DNA of 63,398 nt, counting the filler, from Globobulimina sp. (taxonomy: Eukaryota), in assembly GCA_003354225.1 (NCBI GenBank). It is 52 parts of 52 records of this genome, joined end to end, with 100 filler letters (N's around TTAATTAATTAA, not from the genome) between each part and the next. Parts side by side here need not be neighbours in the genome. Positions count along the whole stretch, not along the records: positions 37,870 to 38,990 come from PIVH01022977.1; positions 39,091 to 40,211 come from PIVH01022978.1; positions 40,312 to 41,432 come from PIVH01022979.1; positions 41,533 to 42,653 come from PIVH01022980.1; positions 42,754 to 43,874 come from PIVH01022981.1; positions 43,975 to 45,095 come from PIVH01022982.1; positions 45,196 to 46,316 come from PIVH01022983.1; positions 46,417 to 47,537 come from PIVH01022984.1; 44 more parts are not named here. One strand, written 5' to 3'. Under the pieces are notes generated by a model. It saw nothing but the letters and a program-made list of their open reading frames with translations. It did no database searches and was not told the DNA's origin. Position 1 is the stretch's first letter; every line of letters starts with the position of its first letter. The position numbers and the translations under genes are program-made. Positions 38,686-50,078 of this stretch are shown here, piece after piece.

Positions 38686-38990
38686 TCACTTGTCTTTTTG
38701 TGGAGCCATAATTGCATCATTGTCCAATGTAATAGGTGTTAACGGCGGTGGTATGTTGCAATTGACAGTAACCTCCGGAGGTAAATTGTTATTTTCATCA
38801 TCATTCTTACTGATTAATGCCGGTATTACAGCCTCATTTTTATTAATTTTCTGTCCTTCCGGCAACGTTTTGTCTGTTTGTAATATGATCAAAGTCTTTG
38901 GATCTTTCCCTTTATGAGAACCTTTAATATGACGATACAATGAGCCTCTTTGCGTAAATTCCTTTCCACAAAGACTGCATTTAAATGGTT
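38686..38990 (-). CDS. C2H2 zinc-finger protein C-terminus
   Basis: PFKCSLCGKEFTQRGSLYRHIKGSH, read from the contig edge upstream of the listed ORF start. Confidence 0.85.
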
Positions 38991-39892
38991 NNNNNNNNNN
39001 NNNNNNNNNNNNNNNNNNNNNNNNNNNNNNNNNNTTAATTAATTAANNNNNNNNNNNNNNNNNNNNNNNNNNNNNNNNNNNNNNNNNNNNTTTTTGTCAT
39101 TGTATCATTTGTATTATTATCAAAATATTGCGATTTTGCGTTATTGTATACATTAAGTTATTTATAATTATACAATGAATTCCACCTCAAATCGAGCATA
39201 ATCACATCAAATATTGTCTTAAATGGTTATTATTTTCCTTTTTATTTCAAAAATTGTTGATTTGCCATGTTTTATTCACTCATTAATGCGATGCGAAATT
39301 ATTGGCATTTTTATCACATTGAATCGAATCATAATCAAAAAACAAATAAAATATATACAGATATAATGCTTTAATGTGCTTTGTGTGTATTTGGAAAATA
39401 AGTACTATGGACTCGTTGCGCTGCTGCACAGAAAACAAATGGAGCTAATACAAAAGTTTCATATGGAAATTGGGTAATTTTTTATGGAGAATGCGGCGGG
39501 CTTTGCATTGGACTATGCTTTGGCTGATATCGGAGTTAAAGACAGTTTTCAAGAAAAAAGCTTACTGCGGTAAGGAAATTGGGGATTGGTGACAATAAAT
39601 TGTTAAATAAACATCACCATTGAATCAAGCGCCTTCAAATTAGTCTAAAACTAATTGAAATTGCCTTTTTTAAAAACGTTTCTCCAAACTGCTGATTATA
39701 CCATTGTTGACTTAGCAAAGTTTTCAGCAGTAACAATTCAAACACATTTTATCATGTCACAATTTTCCATGCCGCAGTCTTATCATTGGATCGCGGTGAA
39801 CAATTAATCAACAACGAAGCGCAAAAACTAGCGCTGAATCCCACCAATAATGACACACCAAAACAACAGCAGATATCACAACAACAATGGTG

Positions 39893-40211
39893 GGATTTAT
39901 ATTGCCCCGAAAACGTTTCTATAATTCTCGGATTTATGTTGCCACGAAAACGTTTCTATAATTCTCGGATTTATATTGCCCGAAAACGTTTCTCTAATTC
40001 TCGGATTTATAATGCCCCGAAAACGTTTCTCTAATTCTCGGATTTATATTCTCCCGAAAACGTTTCTCTAATTCTCGGATTTATAATGTCTGGAAACGTT
40101 TCTCTAATTCTCGGATTTATATTCCCCCGAAAACGTTTCTATAATTCTCGGATTTATAATGCCCCGAAAAAGTTTCTCTAATTCTCGGATTTATATTCAC
40201 CCGAAAACGTT
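39893..40211. repeat. 36-37 bp tandem satellite (GGATTTATATTGCCCCGAAAACGTTTCTATAATTCTC)n, ~8.5 copies, runs off the contig
   Basis: Directly visible head-to-tail units with no unique spacers. Confidence 0.95.
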
Positions 40212-40311
40212 NNNNNNNNNNNNNNNNNNNNNNNNNNNNNNNNNNNNNNNNNNNNTTAATTAATTAANNNNNNNNNNNNNNNNNNNNNNNNNNNNNNNNN
40301 NNNNNNNNNNN

Positions 40312-40427
40312 AATAATGCGATTCTTAGTTCTCGTAATGCGTTATCTAGATCATTTACAGAAATAATTCCCTTTCTTGAAAGTTGAGAAAAAACGCTAGT
40401 TAATTTATTGCTTAGATTGTTAAACAT
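40312..40427 (-). CDS. ffh: Bacterial signal recognition particle protein Ffh, N-terminus
   Basis: MFNNLSNKLTSVFSQLSRKGIISVNDLDNALRELRIAL; AGGA Shine-Dalgarno upstream. Confidence 0.9.
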
Positions 40428-40892
40428 ATTTAATTTTCCTTGTATTTGTAATGATTTTAGCTAATCGATAATTTATAGTCAAGTGACTATAATATAGTTT
40501 TTTATATTGATAAATAAGATTTATCAGTTTATTTTAGACTCTCTTTTGTATTCATTTCAGTGATAAGAGATATAATTATGGCTCGTAAGATTTTAATAAC
40601 ATTGTTTTTTGTTTTGAATTAATTGATTAGTTTAAATTTATTTTCAGGAACCTCAAGAGTAACAAGTAATAATTTTTTGGGTACTGAAGCTATTTTTAGA
40701 GAAAATCATCTAGTTAGATTTAAAAATTTTGAGATAAAAAATCCAATAATAATAGAAAAATTAAATATTCTGTTACTGTTTGCGATAACGAGAATGGTGA
40801 CAATGTTATATAATACGATAAGCAAATAGAAAAAACAAAATTTACAAATCAAAGCATTTTAAAATCTATTTTAATTTCCAGTAAAAGTAATG

Positions 40893-41093
40893 TTACGCTA
40901 GCTTTTCTGAATCTATTTTGAAATTGTCCTGCTCTACATTTCCATTAATGCTATTGTCATTAATTCCCTCATCGTCAAACACAGATGGATTTATTATTAA
41001 TAATAGTTTAACAACTCCTATGACAAGCATAGTATAGACTCCAGTAACTACTGAAAGCATTAGGACTATAGATACAGGTGATAAAGTTTTCAT
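40893..41093 (-). CDS. Small bacterial single-TM hypothetical protein
   Basis: GGAGGAG RBS just upstream of ATG 41093; hydrophobic N-terminus and acidic tail. Confidence 0.55.
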   Translation of the reverse strand: MKTLSPVSIVLMLSVVTGVYTMLVIGVVKLLLIINPSVFDDEGINDNSINGNVEQDNFKIDSEKLA

Positions 41094-41532
41094 TTTCTCC
41101 TCCAAAAAAATACACTCCTAGGTTGAGTATATTAGAAAACTATATCAATTTGCAAGTGTTTTTTTTATTAAATATATTTATAATATAATATATGTTGAAA
41201 AAAATGTGTAATATCAGATAGATAGCTTAGTTTTCTTTTCTTTTTATTAATTTTATTTTATTTCATTTAGATATTGACCTAATATTGGTAATAAGTTAGT
41301 ATATGTTGTGTGTTTTATATTTTATATATCAATATATGCTTTAATTTTTTAGAAAACTGGCAACCAAAATGCAACAAACTGCAAAAATTGAATTTGTTAA
41401 TCCTATAGAGATTGATTCACAGATTGATGATCNNNNNNNNNNNNNNNNNNNNNNNNNNNNNNNNNNNNNNNNNNNNTTAATTAATTAANNNNNNNNNNNN
41501 NNNNNNNNNNNNNNNNNNNNNNNNNNNNNNNN

Positions 41533-42026
41533 CGGCTTCTAAATGGTGTCCGGAAGGTTCGTCCGCTGTCACATTGGTCACGGTGCACGGCGCGATATTA
41601 TATTTGGTCCACATCGCTTTGCAATCTGCAATGTCATAATATTGCGTACGGAAAGAGGCAATGCCTTGCGAGTTATTTGCAGCTGAACCTTTAGCACCGC
41701 CTAAGTTATATAATGCGCGCAATGTGGATGGGTTTTGTTGCCAGACACCCACTGATCTTATTATTATTATTGGCTGTAAATATGGGAAACGATGGGTTGG
41801 CGAAGCAAAATATAAATGTTGACACACCTTTGCAGGTAAATTTTAACAATTGACCCACCTTTGCAGTGCCTAATTCATAATATTCACAGTTTAATAACTG
41901 TTGCGCTGAACCTATGGTTGTGAGGACAGAGAATAAATCATCATTTGGTGTTTCTCGCGCAATTTGATCCACATCGAAATGAGCGAATAACCAGTCTTGA
42001 ATTGTGCTTCTAACGAGCCTACACAA
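41533..42026 (-). pseudogene. Sedolisin/S53 tripeptidyl-peptidase I-like gene, rearranged and frameshifted
   Basis: Pro-domain (IQDWL..TPNDDLF..AQQLLNCEY), then another frame: LPAKVCQHLYFASPTHRFP..PSTLRALYNL..GSAANNSQGIASFRTQYY..D..HLEA. Broken right after the presumed catalytic Glu. Confidence 0.75.
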
Positions 42027-42041
42027 GTTAATTAGTCTCTA

Positions 42042-42162
42042 TGTGACTATTTAGTGGCTATTTGTGACTATTTTTGACTATTTAGTGACAAAAACGAAAA
42101 TGAGCGACTATTTAGTAACTATTTCAATACAAAAACGAAAATATGCAACTATTTAGTGACTA
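42042..42162. repeat. Short (GTGACTATTTA)-type tandem repeats
   Basis: Directly visible. Confidence 0.8.
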
Positions 42163-42753
42163 TGTTGTGAAGTTTTCCACATGGTGACAACTTCATTTTT
42201 TTTTATTCAATTGTGGTGTCATAACAACAATTGCCAAACAAACGTCACAAACCAGTTACGTATCTCATTGTTTCACAAATTATTGTTTCTATACAGAGCA
42301 AGAAATGGAAGAAAATAGAATATGCAGTATATTGAGATTGCATACATTATCAAAACAAAACGAAATTATTTTAGTATTACCAATTTGATTTGTGATGTCT
42401 TTATTGTGATGGATTTACTATCGATCATCGATGCGGTACATTAGCTGTAGACAGTTTTCTAGTAATATTATAAATTCACAGCATGCAATGTGATGTTAGG
42501 GATTTTGAACCCAATGGTGTCCGGAAGGTTCGTCCGGCTTCTAAATGGTGTCCGGAAGGTTCGTCCGCTGTCACATTGGTCACGGTGCACGGCGCGATAT
42601 TATATTTGGTCCACATCGCTTTGCAATCTGCAATGTCATAATATTGCGTACGGNNNNNNNNNNNNNNNNNNNNNNNNNNNNNNNNNNNNNNNNNNNNTTA
42701 ATTAATTAANNNNNNNNNNNNNNNNNNNNNNNNNNNNNNNNNNNNNNNNNNNN

Positions 42754-42908
42754 TCGTCAATATTTTGTGGAGATAAATTACATTGTTTCAAGGCGGCTTT
42801 CACTGCAATCGAACCTAATTCGACTGCGCATAACGATGAAAGATCTCCACCATACTTTCCTATCGGTGTACGAGTGGATGCTACAATATAACAAGATTTG
42901 TTTGACAT
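42754..42908 (-). CDS. Acetyl-CoA C-acetyltransferase (thiolase) N-terminus
   Basis: YIVASTRTPIGKYGGDLSSLCAVELGSIAVKAALKQCNLSPQNIDE. Confidence 0.9.
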
Positions 42909-42955
42909 TATTGACAACTGAAGAGACTTTTGCGAAGCAGTAGAAAATAAAAAAA

Positions 42956-43874
42956 TTAATCTTCCAATACAATCAGTTTTAAATTTTTTGCATCATCAAA
43001 AATTATGTCCTCAATCTTGTCATTAGCATCTTTTTCTGAGATTTTATTACTTGGATGTTCTGATGCAATCAGTTTTAATTTTTTTGTCTCAATATTGTCA
43101 TTAGCCTCTTCTTGATCCATTTTATCATTTTCATCCTCAAATTTAACATAAGCTCCATCAGCTCCGCCACCTCCAACTAAATCAATGATTAATGTCTTCG
43201 ATTTAAGGCTTTCTGTATATGATACATTCTGTGCATTTCGCATCGCATTTCTTGCAGTCTCCACATTGAAATATCTTCTAAATCCGACTGATAACAATGT
43301 ATATAAAACAATGGAAATAATGGCAGACCAGGCTTCGTCCATAACCACTTCGGTATAAATATCATTCACTTTTGTGTTTATGCCAGATATGCTTAACAGT
43401 GCTGGAGGCACTGTCAATGTCATAATTCCACATTGGACCATTTTGAATTTACCAGATATTTCATATCCATCCAATAACTGTCTGGATGCGTTCAGCAATG
43501 CTTGCGATGCATACAAACAACCAACAGATGATAGCACCTGCACAGTGGCTACAATTTTAGCTGTCAGATTTCCATAATATTCGTTGATTGCGGTCCTGAA
43601 GAAGAGTGATAAAAATATGATTGTGGGACCAACCAAAATCTGAATATTTGCATATAATGTTTTATTATATATTTATAAATAAAAACAAAGTTAAATAAAA
43701 TATTATCTTCAAACTGACATATTGTTGAATGCCATAATATATCCTCCTAAAATCCTTTTTATTTATTTTTCTTTCTTTGATGCATATCGACAAACAACAG
43801 CATGGTTTGGATGCATAATATTTGGTGGGTTTGGTCGATTCCTTTCGCCAGGCATTCATAGCGGATTTATACGA
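42956..43874 (-). CDS. Organic solute transporter alpha/TMEM184-like membrane protein, C-terminal part
   Basis: KPCCC..FRRIYYGIQQY|ILVGP (intron 43640-43718), S..CLYA...L....LLDGYEISGKF. Confidence 0.75.
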
Positions 43875-44097
43875 NNNNNNNNNNNNNNNNNNNNNNNNNN
43901 NNNNNNNNNNNNNNNNNNTTAATTAATTAANNNNNNNNNNNNNNNNNNNNNNNNNNNNNNNNNNNNNNNNNNNNCTGAGATTGAGATTATTGAGCAATAT
44001 GACAATAATTATAACGAGTTATCGTCCAATAAATGGCGCTTAAACCTTGTAAATAATACCATTAATACGCTGATAAATACATATATTTTACCCTCAG

Positions 44098-45095
44098 ATA
44101 TCAATAAATTAATAAATGGTTTTGCGAGGGCATTTTTTGCAAGTACAGGTTCCGCAAATCACGCCATTGATTATAGCATATTGTTATTGATAAATAAATA
44201 TTATCCGTCCATCGCCGGCGATCTATTTACATGGCATATTTCCTGCGAACAAATCATAAAATTATCCACTTTGAACTATAAACAAAGGTTTGACAGCAAA
44301 ATATTCACCATTAGCAATTTAAAATGGTTTCTACAGATTTATCCCAATGGATATCGCGCCGAGGACGAAGGCTTTTGTTCGGTGTATTTGATATTGGCGT
44401 ATTTGCCATCGATGCTAAAAGAGATAACTATACATTTTGGCGTATATTGCCCGCAGACGATGAGCAATTTTAGTACCATTCATACGTTTAATCATTCGCG
44501 CGATGGCCGGGGTACTCGAAGGATGTTATCGTTGCATCATTTGAAGAGAGATATTTCCTCACAATCAAAGATTATAACTTTTAACTGTTACGTGAATATT
44601 TTGCGGATTAAAATTAAAGAAAAAGAAATTATTTATCAATATCCACTGGTATTAACGCAGTGGAATTATAAGAAATATATTTCTACCAATTTTAAGTGGA
44701 TCATTGATAAGGAAATGATGATTAAATTCAAACAATGTAACAATGGACAAAGGTTTGAGTCGAAAATATTTAATCAAATGTGGAATTTATCCATATTTCC
44801 AAATGAAAATAAAAGTAAAAACAAAAGTAGATATAAACAGAATGCGTACAATGAAGAACAAAATGTTGTGATTGGGATCAGATTATGTTCGTTGCCCAAA
44901 GATATCCTTAAAATTAAAGTGAAATATAAATTATTATGCGTCGAGTTTAAAAGTGATAATTTAAACACAACATTTGAATGGAGCCATTGCGCTATCTTTG
45001 ATTATGAAAATTATTATGTTAAATTCCCAAAACATACCATAAAATCATATGATATCAACCGATACAATGAATTAACATTTAATGCGCAAATACAA
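44098..45095 (+). CDS. Tandem MATH/TRAF-domain protein, partial
   Basis: FTWHI..FDSKIF..LKWFLQIYPNG..GFCSVYL and a second FKWII..FESKIF..WNLSIFPN..IRLCSLP. Confidence 0.85.
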
Positions 45096-45195
45096 NNNNN
45101 NNNNNNNNNNNNNNNNNNNNNNNNNNNNNNNNNNNNNNNTTAATTAATTAANNNNNNNNNNNNNNNNNNNNNNNNNNNNNNNNNNNNNNNNNNNN

Positions 45196-46257
45196 ATCAA
45201 TCATTACTAATACATGATAGTTATCATGCATTGGCCCAAATAAATCAATATATACTTTTTCATTTTGCTTAGTAACATGATAGGGAGACATTGGTCCCTT
45301 ATCCTTATTATATGTATTTTTCTTATATTTGTCAAATAATTTGCATAAACATCCCTTAATATAAATAGATATATCATCAAATAAATTTGGCGAATAATAT
45401 CTTGCTTTCATATAATTAAATGTATGGGTTATTCCTTTATGGTTCATACCTTCGACATGGCAGTATTGTATTAATGCAATTCGTAATGATGGCGGTATTA
45501 CAATACGCGAATCCATATACATTAATAGTCCATCATAGCGCAATGATAATTTATTTGCGTTATATAATTCAATATAATGTCTATCATAAATTGTAGCTGG
45601 ATATAAAACAAATGATTTATCCTTTAATTTGTAAATAATTGATTTATAAACACGAAATTGTTCATCTTTAATTAATTGATACGGCGTCTTATCCGAACTT
45701 AAAAAAACGTTCGTTTCTATAGGTCGTACTAAATATAATTTATTTTCTAATATCATTTGTTTAAATTTATTATCTGTAGATGCCAAATAATCACTTTTCA
45801 AATCCTTTTTCTTTCGCAATGGTAATATTTGCATATGTTTATTATTAGTCTTTTTATTTATATTCAATTTTAATTTATTTTCTTTATCTTGATTCAATTT
45901 CTTTGTTTGCGATCGCGTTAAAATAGATATTTCCTTTGTAAATCTATCCATTTTTAATTTATTTCCAATATTATACTCAGATATAACATAAATTGGTGAC
46001 ATAAAATGCTTTGCAGTCACTTTCAACGTATTTTTGTGTATTTTCCTAATTGTTTCTATCTCATTCAATAATTTTAAAGTTTTTGATTGTTTCAAATTAT
46101 ATATATTGCATATTGTTTTTATTTGCGATGGATATTTTATATTTTTATTAATATTTTTATATTCCTTCAATGATACTACGTTTTTATTTAAATTCTCATT
46201 ATTTATCACGTTTATCAAGAAACACTGATAAATCCGCTCAAAAAACGACCCCATCAA
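45196..46257 (-). mobile_element. Ty3/Gypsy-like LTR retrotransposon pol: integrase zinc-binding domain and start of core
   Basis: RIVIPPSLR..CH...H.G..HT..Y.P.L..DI..YIKGCLC, then EKVYIDLFGP..VLVMID. Confidence 0.85.
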
Positions 46258-46632
46258 AAGAGGCCGTAAACTGTTTATTATTAAATCAATATTTATGTGA
46301 TTTGAGTATTACAACANNNNNNNNNNNNNNNNNNNNNNNNNNNNNNNNNNNNNNNNNNNNTTAATTAATTAANNNNNNNNNNNNNNNNNNNNNNNNNNNN
46401 NNNNNNNNNNNNNNNNGTTCGTGTAAAATACAATTATTTATAACTCCGCAATAATTCTGATACATAATGTTGCACTGTACATAATATTTAATTACCATAA
46501 TAATACTGCCTCTGGCAAGCATTAAAAGATCATAGTAATATTATATTCTAGTTTATGGACTAAGTTTATATGGCGCAATCTAAGAACAACCACTTATAAG
46601 TCCGTCAAAATAAAAACGGTGTCATGTCATTA

Positions 46633-47493
46633 TTACACTATTTGATTCAGTATGGCTTTACATTCATCCTCAACAAAATCACCAAAGACTTCTTTACCAT
46701 TTGTGATAGCTTCATTTATATTTTCTTTTGCTTTCTCCATATCATTTATCTGCAAGCAACATTTGGCGATTTCAAGTTGAACTGGCGGATATTTAATTAA
46801 TTCATTCTGCACAAATGATTTCTCATAAAACTCGATTGCATTCTTATACTCTTTATCAACATATTGCAATTTATACGCATACCATCGATAAATTTGTTCC
46901 TTATGTATTACATGAATTTCATCCGATTTATCATTATTTAATCTTTGCATTAAATCCAGCATAATTTTATTTCCTTTTTCTTTTTTATTTTCATTCTCAA
47001 CAAAACATAATGAAACACCATAATATGGCATTAAATTATAATACAACATATCATCCGATTTGCAGGTTTCTTCAGTTATATGTTCCTCAAATATTCCCAC
47101 TGCTTTCTCATATTCTTTCTGTTCCAAACATATTCTAAATAAACAGCCATATCCCATCACATTATTTGCATCAAACTGCAATATTTTCTCCGCGATTTCT
47201 GTGGCTTCAGCAAATTTATAAATTGCTATATTTCCCCAGGATATCTTGGCAATTTTATTCAATGTATCAACAAACATTTGTTGCATTAATTTGTGAATAT
47301 AATTAAATATTAAAATAGTTTCTTTATTAGCTTTGTCTGCCTCGTCTGTGTATTTCTCAATTTCATCGTAAATTATCTGTACTTTATCTTTTGGAATGGC
47401 ATTAAATGCATATTTACATGAATTTATTTGACCGGTGTTATTCTCAAATAGTTTAAGGGAAGTGAAAAACTCGATTGAATCTGTAAAACTCAT
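46633..47493 (-). CDS. TPR-repeat protein
   Basis: 286-aa ORF with ATG and stop; TPR-like units (EYEKAVGIFE, EYKNAIEFYEKS, IAKCCLQINDMEKAKENINEAI). Confidence 0.75.
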   Translation of the reverse strand: MSFTDSIEFFTSLKLFENNTGQINSCKYAFNAIPKDKVQIIYDEIEKYTDEADKANKETILIFNYIHKLMQQMFVDTLNKIAKISWGNIAIYKFAEATEIAEKILQFDANNVMGYGCLFRICLEQKEYEKAVGIFEEHITEETCKSDDMLYYNLMPYYGVSLCFVENENKKEKGNKIMLDLMQRLNNDKSDEIHVIHKEQIYRWYAYKLQYVDKEYKNAIEFYEKSFVQNELIKYPPVQLEIAKCCLQINDMEKAKENINEAITNGKEVFGDFVEDECKAILNQIV

Positions 47494-47807
47494 TGATTTA
47501 TATAAGAAAGTGCAAGATGATTTTCAAACATCCGAGTNNNNNNNNNNNNNNNNNNNNNNNNNNNNNNNNNNNNNNNNNNNNTTAATTAATTAANNNNNNN
47601 NNNNNNNNNNNNNNNNNNNNNNNNNNNNNNNNNNNNNATTCTTAAAGGTTGTGTTTCATCGGGAACCATTAACATTTTATTATTAACCTATTTTCCTTCC
47701 GAAGATTGTTTTTTGATAATCTTTTGGTGATAAGTTCAGAAAAAAGAAAGTATTCTGTTTATTTTTTGAAGAATTAAACTCAATTCACATGATATTTAAA
47801 ATTAAAA

Positions 47808-48758
47808 TTAAACACAAAACAACATAACATCATCATGATTTTGTACATGTTTCACGACCATGTACTTATTTCGTTTTCTTCTGTATATTGCAGCAAATGC
47901 TATTGATACAATAATACCAATCACAAAAATGGCAACTCCAATAATTACCATACTATCACATCCATTATTAACTGTACTATCATCATTCAATAATCTTCTT
48001 CTTGGGTTTATATTAGGTGCTCTTAGAAAATCTTCTAAATTAATACTTAGTATATCTTCATCTTCTAAACATTCATTATATCGTTTGAATGATTCACTTG
48101 ATAATTCTGCAAATTCTTCCCTCCCATCACACTCAGCCACACGATTACGAAACGGAGTAATAATATCATCTCTCATCTGTTTGTGTTTTGTTCTTTGTGA
48201 TTCCCTTTGTTGCTCATTAAACTCTTCCATGACGTTACTAATTTTTTCAATGTCATTGACAATATCAAAAAAACTTCGTACTTGTTCCAGTCCGGAAGTA
48301 ACACCCAATCCAGAAAAGAAATGCAAACCATACGCAGCATCACCAAGTAAAGCATAATCATTTACTTTCAATGCGCCTGCCTCTGTTTTTTTAGTTTCAT
48401 GTAAGCCGTACATCGGTGCATGATGTAATTTTATAGGGAATTTCCATACTTTTACATTGTAAATCTGACTATCAAAATCATAGCCATAATGCGCTTCGAA
48501 TAAATATGGAAGCAAACCTTTGAAATATGCAGGTAAATCTGCTAAACCTGCCATGTTATCAGCATTACTTTGAAAATCTGCACAACCGCTTAACATTTCC
48601 CATTCTTTTGGTGCTAGATGCAATAAAAGATAATGTGCATATTTTGCAACACCGTTTGTTTGAACCCTAGATAGTCTAATTCTGCTTGCATCTGTTGTAC
48701 CTGCTAATGTTATCTCGTTTTTCTTAATAGGGTCAGGTCGAGGATCTGCTGCAGTCGC
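47808..48758 (-). CDS. FAD-dependent monooxygenase-like protein with C-terminal TM anchor, partial
   Basis: ALLGDAAYGLHFFSGLGVTSGLE (GD motif), RRRLL, then a single TM and RRKR. Confidence 0.7.
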   Translation of the reverse strand, partial: ATAADPRPDPIKKNEITLAGTTDASRIRLSRVQTNGVAKYAHYLLLHLAPKEWEMLSGCADFQSNADNMAGLADLPAYFKGLLPYLFEAHYGYDFDSQIYNVKVWKFPIKLHHAPMYGLHETKKTEAGALKVNDYALLGDAAYGLHFFSGLGVTSGLEQVRSFFDIVNDIEKISNVMEEFNEQQRESQRTKHKQMRDDIITPFRNRVAECDGREEFAELSSESFKRYNECLEDEDILSINLEDFLRAPNINPRRRLLNDDSTVNNGCDSMVIIGVAIFVIGIIVSIAFAAIYRRKRNKYMVVKHVQNHDDVMLFCV

Positions 48759-49006
48759 NNNNNNNNNNNNNNNNNNNNNNNNNNNNNNNNNNNNNNNNNN
48801 NNTTAATTAATTAANNNNNNNNNNNNNNNNNNNNNNNNNNNNNNNNNNNNNNNNNNNNAAGAAGGAGTCAATAAGGTAAAGTATAACATCTCTACAGCTT
48901 ATAACCACCAATCCTTTCCTTAATTTTGTGGTTGCAACATACAAATTGCCAGAAATTTCTTAGAAAAGAATTTAATGCAAGAAATTTGTGACAATTTGCG
49001 ATTATT

Positions 49007-49276
49007 TTGCAACCACCTTTAAGCAAAATAAAATGCCCAGAAACAGGTTCTTGTTTTGTGTTTATTGATCATGAAGAGAGTGATCCCCGCATTGTGTATG
49101 GCTATGTTCGAGAGGCATGGAAATCGCAAAAAATGACTGATATACCATATCCACCAACACATCTGATTGAGGTCTTGCGATCATTTTATTCGATTGACTT
49201 TGTGCATTGGGTTGGTGCGACCACCAGAAAACATTGGAAAATTTGTGTTGATGATATTGTAAAGAATTTGAGTTGA
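49007..49276 (+). CDS. C-terminal exon with IVYGYVR..P..LI motif (kelch-type family tail)
   Basis: RIVYGYVREAW..IPYPPTHLIEVLRSFY..VHWV..HWKICVDDI. Confidence 0.5.
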   Translation: MQPPLSKIKCPETGSCFVFIDHEESDPRIVYGYVREAWKSQKMTDIPYPPTHLIEVLRSFYSIDFVHWVGATTRKHWKICVDDIVKNLS

Positions 49277-49434
49277 CTGTACTAACCATCATCATTGATC
49301 GACATCGCCTTCGACATCACCGTCGTTTGGCAAATTAATATATTTAAAGATCATTTTTTTACATTTTGTTCTTTGAAAAACAGTCGTAGTCAGTAGTGAC
49401 AATGCCGCTCTCTCACAGTCTACAGCTCTGTTGA

Positions 49435-49978
49435 ATGGCGGACGCCTATGTCATGATTAGCATCAACGATGAAGAAAAGATTGAAATCGAAGAAATTGAC
49501 ATAAAAAACGCAGAAGAAGACGACGACACTGCAATCAATATCAAAAGTGATGTACCATTAAAACACACATACCCAAAACCTGTGAGATTAACCACCAAAA
49601 ACGGCACAGCGTATTTAATAATAATTTCAAATTTTGAGGATAAAAAATGTCTCTCTTACGATATTTGCCAAGAAAAATATTTCTCATTAGGTGCTTATCC
49701 CGATATTAAATTCATGAATCACACAGTTAGCATATCATCAGATTTCAGCAATATTTATATTTATGACGGCGTGATCCGATCCTTTGCTGTGATTCGCTTA
49801 GATTTAGAATCAGATAAACCGTCGATAATAAAAATCAAAAAGTGTGTGCCCAAAGCAAATGGCACCATGGAACACGATCGCGGCATAATTACAACGGGTA
49901 AAAACACAAAATCGTTATATTTACCATTGCCATGGGACGAGTTTCACATTTTTGGCGGTACGCAAACTCTAAAACATT
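49435..49978 (+). CDS. Kelch/beta-propeller-like protein, 5' part
   Basis: SYDI..KY...YP...NH..IYIYDG; EFHIFGG..H. Confidence 0.55.
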
Positions 49979-50078
49979 NNNNNNNNNNNNNNNNNNNNNN
50001 NNNNNNNNNNNNNNNNNNNNNNTTAATTAATTAANNNNNNNNNNNNNNNNNNNNNNNNNNNNNNNNNNNNNNNNNNNN

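Noticed and set aside
39893..40211. CRISPR array (36-37 bp period, palindromic core)
   Set aside because: Units are head-to-tail with only ~8 related variable bases. There are no unique spacers and no cas genes.
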